This document shows, in pieces, positions 34,712 through 45,333 of a stretch of 56,119 nt of DNA. The notes under the pieces were generated by a model. It saw only the letters and a program-made list of their open reading frames with translations. It did no database searches and had not been told where the DNA came from. The first letter of the stretch is position 1; every line of letters begins with the position of its first letter. Source of the DNA: a virus (lineage: Duplodnaviria; Caudoviricetes); the IMG/VR virus record IMGVR_UViG_3300036820_000642, positions 1 through 56,119 of that record. One strand, 5' to 3'. The position numbers and the translations under genes are program-made.

Positions 34712-35629
34712 TTGAGTACACCGTTTGTTGAGGGGCTTCTCACACAGCCCTATGTCAGTGTCGCCGAATTCAGGGCAAGCCCGACGTGGCTGGACACTGA
34801 CGACTTGATCCCTGGCGGGGATCAGGAACAGCAAGACGCAGAAATGTTCAACGTCCTCCTACGTGCTTCCGCGTGGGCTGACAACTTCGTTGAACTGCGT
34901 CTCGGCGCCCACACGTGCACTGAGCAGACCAGGGCCAGGCCCGATCGTGACGGCCTGCTGTATCTCACCCCGAGCAATATTCCCGTGCGGTCCATCAACG
35001 CCCTGGCGTGGGGTTGCGATTTCCAAAACCTCCAGCTCCTACCGAGCCTTGAGCAGACGTGGGTGGAGGATCAGCGCGGCATTGTCGTGTCGCTCATGCC
35101 AGGTACCGGGTACCTGGCCAATCTCCAGTTCGGTCCTCGCCCTCGTTCCGACGCAGAGATGTACGTGCAATACCAGTACGTCGCCGGTTACGGCAACACT
35201 GTGCTCGCCGAGGCCGCCGAGGCGGGCAGCTCGTCTATCACGGTCCTTGACGGTACAGGGTTCACAGCGCCGGGCACGTCGCTTGTCGGCACAATGCCCG
35301 GCAGCATCGCCCGCATCTGGGACGCGGGCCTAGAAGAGGCTGTTGCAGTCAGCCCCACCTATATGGGCGGCAACACGATCCCCCTACAGTCCCCGCTCGT
35401 CAACCCGCATGCCCCCGGTGTCGTTGTCAGCGAGTTCCCCGCCGAGGTCAGGCAGGCAGTGATCTGCCACGCAGTCGCGCTCTTGATGAGGGAAGACGTA
35501 GGCGAAGAGGCCCCGTTCCCCGGCACGCCATTCGGGCCGTCCGCTCGCCGCAGCTCCGAGGGCGGCAAGGCCGGCGGCCTGGTGGATCACGCCATGCTCT
35601 TGCTCGAACCGTTCAGGCGAGTCCGCTAA
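34712..35629 (+). CDS. Head-to-tail adaptor
   Basis: PYVS...LLRASAWAD, Y.AGY, P.EVRQA, LLEPFRR. Confidence 0.75.
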   Translation: MSTPFVEGLLTQPYVSVAEFRASPTWLDTDDLIPGGDQEQQDAEMFNVLLRASAWADNFVELRLGAHTCTEQTRARPDRDGLLYLTPSNIPVRSINALAWGCDFQNLQLLPSLEQTWVEDQRGIVVSLMPGTGYLANLQFGPRPRSDAEMYVQYQYVAGYGNTVLAEAAEAGSSSITVLDGTGFTAPGTSLVGTMPGSIARIWDAGLEEAVAVSPTYMGGNTIPLQSPLVNPHAPGVVVSEFPAEVRQAVICHAVALLMREDVGEEAPFPGTPFGPSARRSSEGGKAGGLVDHAMLLLEPFRRVR

Positions 35630-36172
35630 TTGGCTGAGACGAGCCGGTACATAGTCCGTGACGGCGTAGCCCAGTTCTTGGGTGGCGCGACCTGGGATCA
35701 GGAAGCCCGCGCTTACCGCGGTTCCGGCCCACTCGTCTCTTACGGGCTCTCCACTGTACGCAGGCATACCCCTAAACGCGTGTCGGATGAGGATTACGTC
35801 ATCGAGCAGGCCGCGGGTCGCGGCATGGGTGCCGCGATGATCGTGGAAATCCCGCATGACAAAGAAGTCAGAGACAGCATTGCCGGCAAAGTAGCCGGCA
35901 TCAAATGCATCGACTACGACATCGTGTTGGCCTGCTTCCACCTGGCGCACGAGGATCACGCGGAAGACGCAGGTGATGATGTTGACCTGCTCATTGAAGC
36001 CATTAAAGACCGTCTCCGCTCTGACCGCACTATAGGCGGCATCTTCAACACGAGCGGCCAAGACTCCACGGGAATAGAAGTAATCGTTGAACCCGCCGAG
36101 GAATGGCATGAACGCATCATGACCGTTTTCACGATCCAGTTCATCGGCAAAGTATTCATCGCCCCAGCTTAA
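35630..36172 (+). CDS. Tail terminator/completion protein
   Basis: LIEAIKDRLRSDRTIGG; position. Confidence 0.65.
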   Translation: MAETSRYIVRDGVAQFLGGATWDQEARAYRGSGPLVSYGLSTVRRHTPKRVSDEDYVIEQAAGRGMGAAMIVEIPHDKEVRDSIAGKVAGIKCIDYDIVLACFHLAHEDHAEDAGDDVDLLIEAIKDRLRSDRTIGGIFNTSGQDSTGIEVIVEPAEEWHERIMTVFTIQFIGKVFIAPA

Positions 36173-36183
36173 GAGGAACAAGT

Positions 36184-36372
36184 TTGTCCAAGTATCAGTA
36201 TCTAGGGAACGTCGAACGGGTTTATCCCGATGTTGTGATCCCTGGAGAGGGAAGCCTCGTAGCGAAGCCGGGGCTGATCCAAGAATTCGATAAGCCGCCC
36301 ACTGACGGCCTATGGGTCAAGATCACCGAACCGAAGGTGAAGGCGGTTAAGGAAGCCGAGGAAAGCAAGTAA
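36184..36372 (+). CDS. Small virion protein
   Basis: AGAGGA SD; coupled to major tail gene. Confidence 0.6.
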   Translation: MSKYQYLGNVERVYPDVVIPGEGSLVAKPGLIQEFDKPPTDGLWVKITEPKVKAVKEAEESK

Positions 36373-37601
36373 TGGCTACCACCACAATAGTTTATCCCCA
36401 GGATCAGGAATGGGTGGGTGCTGCCAGAGAAGCTGTTCCCGGCACTGCGGTCGCCCCGACTTCCACTATTCCGGTTGACAAGCCAGACCCCGATAACAAG
36501 CCCACAATGCTTGAAGACAAGTCCCTGATTGGGTCTATGGCTGAAGACGGCACGGTTGTCGAGGGCACCCAGATAGCGGACTATTCCTTGTCCGGGAATG
36601 TGTTCCTGGACGCTATCGGGTTTTTCATTCACAACTGCATGGGTGACTATGTAGCGACTGGTTCTACGCCTGCTAACAGCACGACTCTTACCGCTCAGGT
36701 TACCGCAGGAGCGACCACGGCCACTGTCGCGGCCGGTACTGGCTACTCCATAGGGCAGACTGTGCAGCTCGGTATCACGGCTGACGGTAACCCGGAGAAC
36801 GTGGTCCTGACTAATGTCACGGGGACGACCCTGACATTTGCCAACACCCCAGCGAGGTTCACTCACGCACCGGGTAAGGCTGTGGCCACGGTCGTGGCCC
36901 CATTTACGCATTTGTTCTCCGTGTTCAATGGTGCAGGCGGTCAGCCTGTGACTCACACGCTGACTCATTACACCGGTATCGGCGGCACCTACGGTGCCCG
37001 CCAGTATGCCTCTTGGTGCGCTGACTCCGTCGATTTCACTATTGATGCCGAGAAGCTGTTCACGCACAGCACTAAGGGCATGAGCTATCTCGGTACCCTG
37101 GCGCAGGCGGCGATTACCAACAACCCGACGACAACGCCACCCGAACCTAACTGGGAATTCCTGGTCGGTATCGGCGGACCCGCCGCCGGTGGGACGCTGG
37201 TGAATAACGTGACCGCTGGCGGTATCACGCTGGGGCGGAAGACTAAGGCATGGTTCGGCGCCAATGGTGCGCAGAACCCTTACATTATCGCCCGTGCCGG
37301 GTTCTCCATGACCGGTAAGTTCACCCAGTTGGCTCAGGATGAGACCCCGCTAACCAACTTGATTAGCAATACTCAGCCTCAGTTGCAGCTCAAGATGACC
37401 AACGGACTATCAGGCTCTGCCCTCATGTCGATCCAGTTCGATATTCAGACTGGCGCTTATCTGACGGACAAAATGTCTGACACTGACGCGATCACGTACG
37501 AGACGAGCTTTAAGGGTGTCAGGAACACTACTAATGCTGGCCAGTCTGGCGGGCTTTCGCCCGGCAAGGTCACATTGGTAAACGCAGTCTCCACCTACTA
37601 A
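36372..37601 (+). CDS. Major tail (tube) protein
   Basis: ARE..PGTAV, FTHLFS, position before chaperone and tape measure. Confidence 0.8.
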   Translation: MATTTIVYPQDQEWVGAAREAVPGTAVAPTSTIPVDKPDPDNKPTMLEDKSLIGSMAEDGTVVEGTQIADYSLSGNVFLDAIGFFIHNCMGDYVATGSTPANSTTLTAQVTAGATTATVAAGTGYSIGQTVQLGITADGNPENVVLTNVTGTTLTFANTPARFTHAPGKAVATVVAPFTHLFSVFNGAGGQPVTHTLTHYTGIGGTYGARQYASWCADSVDFTIDAEKLFTHSTKGMSYLGTLAQAAITNNPTTTPPEPNWEFLVGIGGPAAGGTLVNNVTAGGITLGRKTKAWFGANGAQNPYIIARAGFSMTGKFTQLAQDETPLTNLISNTQPQLQLKMTNGLSGSALMSIQFDIQTGAYLTDKMSDTDAITYETSFKGVRNTTNAGQSGGLSPGKVTLVNAVSTY

Positions 37602-37664
37602 GCCGCATTCTTGCGACCGTAAACCGGTTACGGTCGCACAGTATCAACTTCAAGGGATCACATA

Positions 37665-38030
37665 TTGCGCATTGACCTGCCTGATTCTAATTGGGCTGAA
37701 GTCCGTGACCCGGACGACCTGTTTGAGGATGACCGCCGTGCGGTAGCACGGCGGGCCATCGTGGAGTTTAACCCGGCCACTAAGACCCGTATCATGCGCG
37801 GGGACATTGACGGGGAAATGGGTGACGCTCTCCTAGAGCGCATCATCACCGCCTGGTCTTACCCGTTCAAGGTCCCTGCCAAGGACCCGACTGCGCTCGG
37901 GAAGCTGCGGATCAGTCATGCTCGCGCGCTGCGCGATGCTATCTCTCCTCATTTCAAGGTCATCAACGGCACCGAAGATGATGAGTCTGATGATGCCGAG
38001 GACCCTACCGAGCCGGAATCCGGCAGCTAA
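37665..38030 (+). CDS. Tail assembly chaperone (G)
   Basis: Position; IITAWS; ends EDPT. Confidence 0.75.
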   Translation: MRIDLPDSNWAEVRDPDDLFEDDRRAVARRAIVEFNPATKTRIMRGDIDGEMGDALLERIITAWSYPFKVPAKDPTALGKLRISHARALRDAISPHFKVINGTEDDESDDAEDPTEPESGS

Positions 38031-38245
38031 AGCAGTACCTGGCTAACCGTGCCCACGACCCTGCACAGATCCCCTGGGAGGCATACAGGTACACCCTGTA
38101 TGCCCGCAAATTCGGGTGGACTCCGCGGCAGGTCGATACCGAGGTCCCGTTGCATTTGGATGCCTGGTTCTTCCGGATTGACGCAGCCATTGACGCCGAG
38201 ACAGCGCGCCGTACCGCAGCCGCGCAAGCCAAGAACAAACGGTGA
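38003..38245 (+). CDS. Tail assembly chaperone frameshift extension (GT)
   Basis: Start-less -1 frame GIRQLKQYL...FGWTPRQVD...KNKR*; probable slip at GACCCTACC 38001-38009. Confidence 0.7.
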   Translation, partial: PYRAGIRQLKQYLANRAHDPAQIPWEAYRYTLYARKFGWTPRQVDTEVPLHLDAWFFRIDAAIDAETARRTAAAQAKNKR

Positions 38246-38686
38246 ATGTCTAGCGTAGATGATGGCGCGTGGAAAGACGCGCTCCATCTGTGGGCGGTTC
38301 TAGCTCGCCGTGAAGGCAAGGCCGCGTCTATGGACACTGCCTCTGATGTCAAGTCCCGTGCCCGCATCCTGCTCAGTATTTACGAGCATCCCCCCCGCAC
38401 GAAAACGCCTTCTCCCGCGGGTATCGGTCCTGTCGGCAAGATAGAGGGCCTTCTCCGCGACAACATTTACAGCACGCCGGGATATGAGGGATTCGATGTC
38501 GGTGTCGGCCCCACTATCCGTTATTCCCGTATTCAGGAGCTCGGCGGCTGGTGCGGGAAAGGTCATCGTACCTATTTGCCCCCTCGCCCCTACTGGATTA
38601 CCGCTCACGAAATGGTGGTCAAGGGGTCGAGGGGGCGCATTTATTACAATCATTGGCTGGCTGCCCAGCGGGCAGTTACAGGATAG
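38246..38686 (+). CDS. HK97-gp10-like neck/tail protein
   Basis: G.LR..I, VGPT..YSRIQELGG, LPPRPY. Confidence 0.75.
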   Translation: MSSVDDGAWKDALHLWAVLARREGKAASMDTASDVKSRARILLSIYEHPPRTKTPSPAGIGPVGKIEGLLRDNIYSTPGYEGFDVGVGPTIRYSRIQELGGWCGKGHRTYLPPRPYWITAHEMVVKGSRGRIYYNHWLAAQRAVTG

Positions 38687-38696
38687 GAACCAGAAT

Positions 38697-41600
38697 ATAG
38701 CGGATTACCTGCCACCAGTAGTAACGAAACTCACTGGTGACATTGATGATTTCCTGGCAGACCTCGCCCGCGCTGAAGCAGCTATGGATGCATTCGCGGA
38801 CGGCCTCAAAGATATCCCGATCAAATTCGAGGTCGATGAGGCAAGCATCGCGAAGGTTGAGGCTGTCGCTAATGCGCTAGCCGATAGTCTCCGGCCGGAA
38901 ATTCATTTCCAGGCGGATCTTGATGCCCTGAATGCCGGGAAGCTGGTGGGGGAAACGGCTGCTGCGCAGACGGCAGCGGATGGACTCTCGAATTCGATCC
39001 GCCGTCTCGGTGAAGCCGACAACCTGACCGCTAAAGACGCCTACATGCTCGCCATGGCGCAGACGATGCAGGCTAAGGCGGCCAATGCTGGCGCTGACGC
39101 AGACGACAGGGCAGCCAAGAACACGTACCTGCTGGCTATGGCTCAGCGGATGTCGGATAACAGCGCGAAGCAGCAGGCCGCCAGCATGCGCCAGGTCGCC
39201 GACGACGTGAACGCCTACAGCAACCGGGTACACGGCTGGTTCAGTCTGCTTACCCACGACTTCACCCTATTCGGGGGTCTCCTCGGAGATACCCACATGA
39301 TCGGGTCTATTCAGGGCTGGCATATCGCCCTAGACGGGCTGCTAGAGGCGACGATCGCGCTTGGCGGGGCGCTGCTGGCGCTCAGCATCGGTGCTGCCGC
39401 GGTCGCTCCGGCCGCGGAAGACATTTACACGCACCTGAAGTCCGTCAACGATGTGTCAACGGCGCTCGGGGTCACTATCCCCCCATTGACTGGTAATTTC
39501 CAGGCACTATCACAGTCGGTTGCGCCGCAGGCTCTTGAAGCGTTCGGCGGCGCACTTAATCTCCTCAACAACGGATCGGGTGCTTTCGCCAAGACAGCCC
39601 ACGAGGTCGTTACCGGTCTCGATGACTGGATAGCGAAGCTAGACATTTTCATGAACGCCCAAGGGCACATGGGCGGTCTCATGCTGGATGGCGTGGGGTT
39701 CCTCCACCAGTTCGAGGTAGCGGCCGACAATGTCGGCAAGGCGATTGTGAACCTTGCGAAGGCGGACCCTGGTACCGCGCATTTCCTGATGGACATTGCC
39801 GAGGGCGCGTCTAAAGCGCTCGACGTGTTCACGGAACTTCCGACACCAATCCTCCTGACCATCATGGCTATCCATTCGTTCCTTTTGTGGGGTGGCCTGC
39901 TCACTACGTGGGCATTGAAAATCGCTTCTCCTTTCATGACCTTCGGCACGACTATGATAACGGCTGCCGCGAAAATGGGGCTGTTGGGTGACGCGGCGCA
40001 AGCCGCAACCATTCCCCTCACAGACCTCCGTACTGCGGAGAGCATGGCGGCTGCCGAGTCCACTAGTTTCGGGGAAAGCCTCGCCGCATTCGCAACCAAT
40101 CCTTTCACGTGGGTTGTTATCGCTGCGGCGGGCCTGGCCTACCTGGGGTATCAGGAGACGCAGGCATCTGCCGGGGCGAAGAACCTCATCAACTCGCTCA
40201 ACACCCAGGTCAATAGTGATACGGCCAGCCAGGCGGTTACCGATATCTCTTCCGCGGTAGGGCAGCTCAACCAGGCACTCAATCAGACGCAACAGAATCT
40301 TCTGGTTCTCAGGGTGCCTATCGATATCGGCGGTATCGAGACAACTGATCTGAAGATCAGTTCAATGGAAGCGTCTATGCGCGCCTTCGGCGAAGCCGGC
40401 GACGACATGAAGAAGCACATGACAGGGTTCTTGTCATTCTTCAGTAACGTCGGAGGGGCGATAGAGAATACCGCTAAAGGTATCGGGGATGCCACGGCCT
40501 CCGCGTTCGGAGGCCCGAGGACGCAAAACGATATCAACGCGTATAAGGGCGCGATCGTCTCCCTGACCGGTGAGCAGAAGAACCTCTTTAACGAGACTGG
40601 CGCGTTGATGCGGCAGGGTTTCACGTTCTCTCAGTCTCTCGGGTTGCTTGATCTCGCCGGAGTCCAGGCCAGCGATTCATTCGACGTGATGAAACAGAAG
40701 GTCAGCAATCTTCTGGCTGGCTATCAGGCGATGGGTATTCAGGCTGGCCTGCTCGGCAACTCGATCAACGCTGTCACGTTCGCAAGTGAGCAGCAGGATT
40801 CAAAGGTGGCAGCCCTTACACAGGGGTGGAGCGCGTTTATCGGCATGCTGACTGGCGGCGAATCAGCGTTCACCACCTATGAAACCCAGTTGCAGGGATT
40901 GGGTACGGCTGCCAGCGGGACAGCCGGGGCTATCAAGATCGTCAACGGCGTAGTCTCCGACACGACGAAGGCCACCGGCAACACGACTACCGCCGTGACT
41001 GCGGCGGCGAAGGCCATGAACGGGCTGAGCGCGAATAGCCTCCAGCTCCGCGGCTCCTTCACGACCGCCATCACGGACGCGTCCGACTTGCAGAACAACC
41101 TGATTACCATGGCGTCCGCGGCTGGCCTGGGCGCCAAGGGCGTGACCATGCTGAGCCAGGCGGGCAAGGACGCGGTAGCCCAGTTGCTTCCGCTGGGGAA
41201 GGGCAGCGCCTACGCGACTTCCATGCTGTACGGCCTGGCGCAGCAGGCCGGATACCAGGGTGTCGATTCGTTTAAGGCATTGTCGGAATGGGTCGGGAAG
41301 ACTAAGAACCCTATGGATTCTCTTGATTCGATTGTCAACACGCTAACGACTGACAGTGCGAATCTTACGCAGGATGTGAATAATCTCGCTAACGCGCTGA
41401 ACAGCAACCTTAATCAGGCGATGGCAGCCGCGATTGTGCAGGCGTCTGGCGGGCAGGTGGCGTTTGACCAGTTCGCTACGGCGACAATGAATGGCCAGCA
41501 TAATGCGTCGCTCATGAAGTCGTCGGCTACGCAGCTCGCGACGGAACTTATCGACGTTACCGGGAACGCGAATTCGGCTCACGGCGAGTTTGATACTTTC

Positions 41601-42104
41601 GCTACCGCCATGGGCTGGTCGAAACAGCAGGCGGATTCACTGTGGAAGTCTGTTGAGAATGTGGCGCAGGCAATGGCCAGCATCCATAGCGTCACGGCTT
41701 CTATAAACATCAGCGAGAACATTATTCACCCGTCCGCCCCAGCCGGAACCTATCCGACCCCAACCGGGATAGCGCCCGGTTTCAGCGGGCTCGCCTCCGG
41801 GGGCCGCATCCCCGGTTACGGAGGCGGCGACACTTACGGCCCGATCATGGTCGAACCCGGCGAAGCCGTCGTACCGAAACATCTCGTTTCCGGGGTCGCA
41901 CCCTATCTCGGTTCTCATGGCGTGCCTGGTTTCGCCGAAGGCGGATACGTGGGCGGCGGCTCACCGCCTGGTGGCGGGCAGGGTGTCGTGGAAGTCAACG
42001 TGTATTTGGATGGCAAGCAAATTCAGAAGTCCACGCAGAAGCAGACTTACAAGGTGAACCGGCGTAACGGCACTGCCGTTACAGGGAAGATGAGCCCACG
42101 GTAA
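38697..42104 (+). CDS. Tape measure protein (probable non-canonical ATA start)
   Basis: Long Ala-rich helical ORF; (M)ADYLPPVV N-terminus; C-terminal ASGG.IPG...VEPGEAVVP. Confidence 0.85.
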   Translation: MADYLPPVVTKLTGDIDDFLADLARAEAAMDAFADGLKDIPIKFEVDEASIAKVEAVANALADSLRPEIHFQADLDALNAGKLVGETAAAQTAADGLSNSIRRLGEADNLTAKDAYMLAMAQTMQAKAANAGADADDRAAKNTYLLAMAQRMSDNSAKQQAASMRQVADDVNAYSNRVHGWFSLLTHDFTLFGGLLGDTHMIGSIQGWHIALDGLLEATIALGGALLALSIGAAAVAPAAEDIYTHLKSVNDVSTALGVTIPPLTGNFQALSQSVAPQALEAFGGALNLLNNGSGAFAKTAHEVVTGLDDWIAKLDIFMNAQGHMGGLMLDGVGFLHQFEVAADNVGKAIVNLAKADPGTAHFLMDIAEGASKALDVFTELPTPILLTIMAIHSFLLWGGLLTTWALKIASPFMTFGTTMITAAAKMGLLGDAAQAATIPLTDLRTAESMAAAESTSFGESLAAFATNPFTWVVIAAAGLAYLGYQETQASAGAKNLINSLNTQVNSDTASQAVTDISSAVGQLNQALNQTQQNLLVLRVPIDIGGIETTDLKISSMEASMRAFGEAGDDMKKHMTGFLSFFSNVGGAIENTAKGIGDATASAFGGPRTQNDINAYKGAIVSLTGEQKNLFNETGALMRQGFTFSQSLGLLDLAGVQASDSFDVMKQKVSNLLAGYQAMGIQAGLLGNSINAVTFASEQQDSKVAALTQGWSAFIGMLTGGESAFTTYETQLQGLGTAASGTAGAIKIVNGVVSDTTKATGNTTTAVTAAAKAMNGLSANSLQLRGSFTTAITDASDLQNNLITMASAAGLGAKGVTMLSQAGKDAVAQLLPLGKGSAYATSMLYGLAQQAGYQGVDSFKALSEWVGKTKNPMDSLDSIVNTLTTDSANLTQDVNNLANALNSNLNQAMAAAIVQASGGQVAFDQFATATMNGQHNASLMKSSATQLATELIDVTGNANSAHGEFDTFATAMGWSKQQADSLWKSVENVAQAMASIHSVTASINISENIIHPSAPAGTYPTPTGIAPGFSGLASGGRIPGYGGGDTYGPIMVEPGEAVVPKHLVSGVAPYLGSHGVPGFAEGGYVGGGSPPGGGQGVVEVNVYLDGKQIQKSTQKQTYKVNRRNGTAVTGKMSPR

Positions 42105-42105
42105 A

Positions 42106-45100
42106 TTGACTGCCAGTGTTATCAATCAGTGGCCTATCGCGAACATCAATTGTTACGCACCCCAGACAACCGAGGTTGCCAATACTACGGGCAACACCCT
42201 GATTGCCGTCATCGGTTGGACTGCGAACAACTATGCGGGGCAGGTCACCCCGGTTTCTTATGTCGCGGATGACGCCCATAACTGGTGGATACAGCTCGCT
42301 ACGAGCCCTTACAGTACGGCGCAGCAGCAGCCTAGCCGCTGCTCGATCTGGATGGCGCCGAACGCTACTGCCGCAACAGTCTTGTCTGTCGCTTGCGCGA
42401 CCTACGTCCTCGGGCTGACAGCCACGATCCTGGAGGTGCCGGGGCTCCCGGCGCTCGCCTACACGGACGTGACGGCGATGGCCTACAACACGTCGGGTTC
42501 TACCCTGTCCTTCGGGTCGGGAAGCTACAACGCGGGCGACACCCTGTTCGGTGTCGCCCATATCCCCAACACCAACGTGACTGTCACGACCCCTGCGGGG
42601 TGGACCGCGCTCACCCCAGTCAACGCCTTTGATACGGGATTCGGTCACGGCGGTCCTGATGACAGCCAGATCTGGCCGTACTGGCGGACAGCTACCGCAG
42701 GCGGGACGCTCAGCGCGGCCTTCGCGCTGTCGGCCAGCTCTCCCGCTTCGGGTGTGCTCGTGTCCATCCCCTCAACCGGGCAGAGTGCCACGCTCGTGCG
42801 GCCGTCCAGGCCGAATGTCAAGGTGGAGGCCGCATTTGGTGTCTCGCCCGGCGAGTTTCAGCAGCCGTGGGCGTGGACTGACATAACCCAGTACGCCATC
42901 GGTGAGCAGGGCGAGACGATCATTGACGCTCAGCGTGGCCGGACGTATGAGCTGGACTCGGTAGAGGCCGGGGACATGACGGTTTCCCTGGACAACCATA
43001 CGGGCGTGTTCACGCCCGGTTTCACCGGTTCGCCTTTTTACCCTTCGGTATTGCTTAACACTCCAGTGCGAGTCAGCGCCATCTGGAATAGCAAACAGTA
43101 CCCGGTTTGCGCTGGTTATGTGGAACGGTGGCCGCAGACCTTCGCCGATCCGCAGTTCGGGATTGTCCCGATGGAAGCAACAGACGCGATCGGGCCACTG
43201 TCCAATATCCAGCTCCCATCCGCCTATCAGGGTGAAGTGCTCCTAGACAACCCGTATGTGTTCTGCCCATGCTCGGAAAACTACACCGAGGCAAATGGCC
43301 TGCCGTGCAGCAATATCGCGCGGGGTAATCAGAAGGACGCGACCTATATGGACGCGATCATCTCCTACAGCCCCAGCTCGACCAGGCCGCTAGAGACTGG
43401 CCTGCTGCTGGGGCTCCTCGGCGACATGGGCACCGGGGTGGGGTGGGATGACTCCGTTACTGGCACTGACTCTTCCCCGGTTCCGGCGACGTTCTATGTT
43501 GATCCTGGTATGCCGCAGTTGACGGGTACGTATGGTGTCACTGCGGAATGGTGGATGATTATTCCGACTGGCCGCACGGCCGCGTCCAGCATGGAAGTTT
43601 TCAGGCTCCTCGGTAACGTGCCTAATTACTATATCGGCACAAACTTCATCGGCGGGTTCGGGGTAAGGATGCTGTGTTACCTCAATGGCGATGACCAGAT
43701 TGCTCTAGAACTGGCTGATTCCAGGGGCGACAATGCGACCTATTATTGGACGCAGAACACGTCAGACGGCATGCTCCATCATTACGCGTTCACTGTGCTG
43801 CCTACTGGCAGCGGCGCGTTTACCCTCATCGGTTACCTTGATGGTGTCCAGCAGTACACCCAGGCTGTTACCGGCCTGACAGGGACGATGAATGATGCGT
43901 GGTGGATGTCGTGGGGACCGATGATGTACCACAATGGCGGTACTGCCCAAGGGAACAATTACTCTATCGGGCAGGTCTCTTACTTCGGCGCAGCGCTGCC
44001 GTACTCGCGGATAGCGGAACATCACCTTGTGGGCGCTACCGGCGCCGGAGGCGACTCGGCTAACACCCGGTTCGGCAAACTGCTGGCGTGGGGTAACTAC
44101 GGCGGTCCTCGGGCTAGCGCCTGGTCCTCACCCTCACCCCAGTTCGGCCCGGCCGACCAGATCGCGAACACGTCGATTGCGTCGGCCGCGTCCACTGTCG
44201 CGCAGACCGATGAGGGCATGTTTTTCTGTGACGCCCAGCTCAACACGTGTTATTACAGCCGCCAGTTCTTGTTCAACCGGCCGGTCAAATGGGCGTTCTC
44301 CGATGCTCAGCCTGTCCAGTTGAATGCCAACAGCCAGTTCAACGGGTCTATCTCTCCGTGGACTGGTGTCAATGTGACACCGGTGTATTCGACTGCTGAG
44401 CAGCAGTCGGGTATTGGTTCCATGATGATTACCCCGAACGGGACAAGCTCGACTGTGGGTGCACAGTCGGAGACATTCACTGTGTCTCCCTCCACCATGT
44501 ACCAGGTTAATGCGCAAGGTCTCTCACTGGTCGGGTACGGCTCGTATGAGGTCCTGGTTAACTGGCTGACTTCCGGCGGTACACCCATCTCCACTTCGTC
44601 GCAGACGATCAGTCTCCCGGCTGGCGGCTGGGAGCTGAACAGCGACGTGTTCACCAGCCCGTCAAATGCCGGGCAGGCTAATTTTCAGGTCCTGGAAACT
44701 GGCACACCAGCGAACACGAAAGTGTTCTGGGTTGACTCGGCACAGTTCCTCACTGTGCCGGGCACCATCCCCTATGACCCGTCATCGAGTTTCGATTACG
44801 ACAACTCGTTTGTTTATAATATTCTCCAGTCTCAGAGGACAGTCAACGCCGGTAACCTCGCGGACAGCGGCCAGTACAACCCGATTACCAAGCAGTGGGA
44901 AACGTCGGGTTACGGTGCGACCGTATCCATCTTTAACCCGACGAGCCAGGATGAATATTTCCCGCGTGGCCCGTTGGAGCTGGACGTTGAGACTGTGAGC
45001 GACCAGGATGCTTACGACATTTGCAACTGGAACCTGGTGGCTTATAGTCAGCCGATGTTCAGGGCTGCCGATGTCGTTCTCTACCCGTCCCGTAATCCCA

Positions 45101-45333
45101 CTTTGTGGGCCACTTGTCTCAGTGTCGAACAGGGAGATATTGCCACTGTCACCCGGACGCCTCTAGGTGGAGCTCCTATTACCACGCTGGTTATCGTCCA
45201 GGCGGTCCACCATGAGGTTGACGCGGACGACTGGAAGGTTACTGTGCAGGCGACACCGTATTTTCCCGGTAACGCCGTCCTCCAGTGTGACTCTTCTAAT
45301 AACACTCTCGGGCAGAATACGTTGGCCTGGTAA
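42106..45333 (+). CDS. Minor tail protein (large, lectin/carbohydrate-binding-like domains)
   Basis: WTDIT, RGR...EAG...LDN..G, LamG-like HHYAFT...YLDG. Confidence 0.8.
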   Translation: MTASVINQWPIANINCYAPQTTEVANTTGNTLIAVIGWTANNYAGQVTPVSYVADDAHNWWIQLATSPYSTAQQQPSRCSIWMAPNATAATVLSVACATYVLGLTATILEVPGLPALAYTDVTAMAYNTSGSTLSFGSGSYNAGDTLFGVAHIPNTNVTVTTPAGWTALTPVNAFDTGFGHGGPDDSQIWPYWRTATAGGTLSAAFALSASSPASGVLVSIPSTGQSATLVRPSRPNVKVEAAFGVSPGEFQQPWAWTDITQYAIGEQGETIIDAQRGRTYELDSVEAGDMTVSLDNHTGVFTPGFTGSPFYPSVLLNTPVRVSAIWNSKQYPVCAGYVERWPQTFADPQFGIVPMEATDAIGPLSNIQLPSAYQGEVLLDNPYVFCPCSENYTEANGLPCSNIARGNQKDATYMDAIISYSPSSTRPLETGLLLGLLGDMGTGVGWDDSVTGTDSSPVPATFYVDPGMPQLTGTYGVTAEWWMIIPTGRTAASSMEVFRLLGNVPNYYIGTNFIGGFGVRMLCYLNGDDQIALELADSRGDNATYYWTQNTSDGMLHHYAFTVLPTGSGAFTLIGYLDGVQQYTQAVTGLTGTMNDAWWMSWGPMMYHNGGTAQGNNYSIGQVSYFGAALPYSRIAEHHLVGATGAGGDSANTRFGKLLAWGNYGGPRASAWSSPSPQFGPADQIANTSIASAASTVAQTDEGMFFCDAQLNTCYYSRQFLFNRPVKWAFSDAQPVQLNANSQFNGSISPWTGVNVTPVYSTAEQQSGIGSMMITPNGTSSTVGAQSETFTVSPSTMYQVNAQGLSLVGYGSYEVLVNWLTSGGTPISTSSQTISLPAGGWELNSDVFTSPSNAGQANFQVLETGTPANTKVFWVDSAQFLTVPGTIPYDPSSSFDYDNSFVYNILQSQRTVNAGNLADSGQYNPITKQWETSGYGATVSIFNPTSQDEYFPRGPLELDVETVSDQDAYDICNWNLVAYSQPMFRAADVVLYPSRNPTLWATCLSVEQGDIATVTRTPLGGAPITTLVIVQAVHHEVDADDWKVTVQATPYFPGNAVLQCDSSNNTLGQNTLAW

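Noticed and set aside
38484-38696. Tape measure start at 38484
   Set aside because: Overlaps the gp10-like gene by about 200 bp and reads as non-coding frame; the plausible N-terminus starts at 38697
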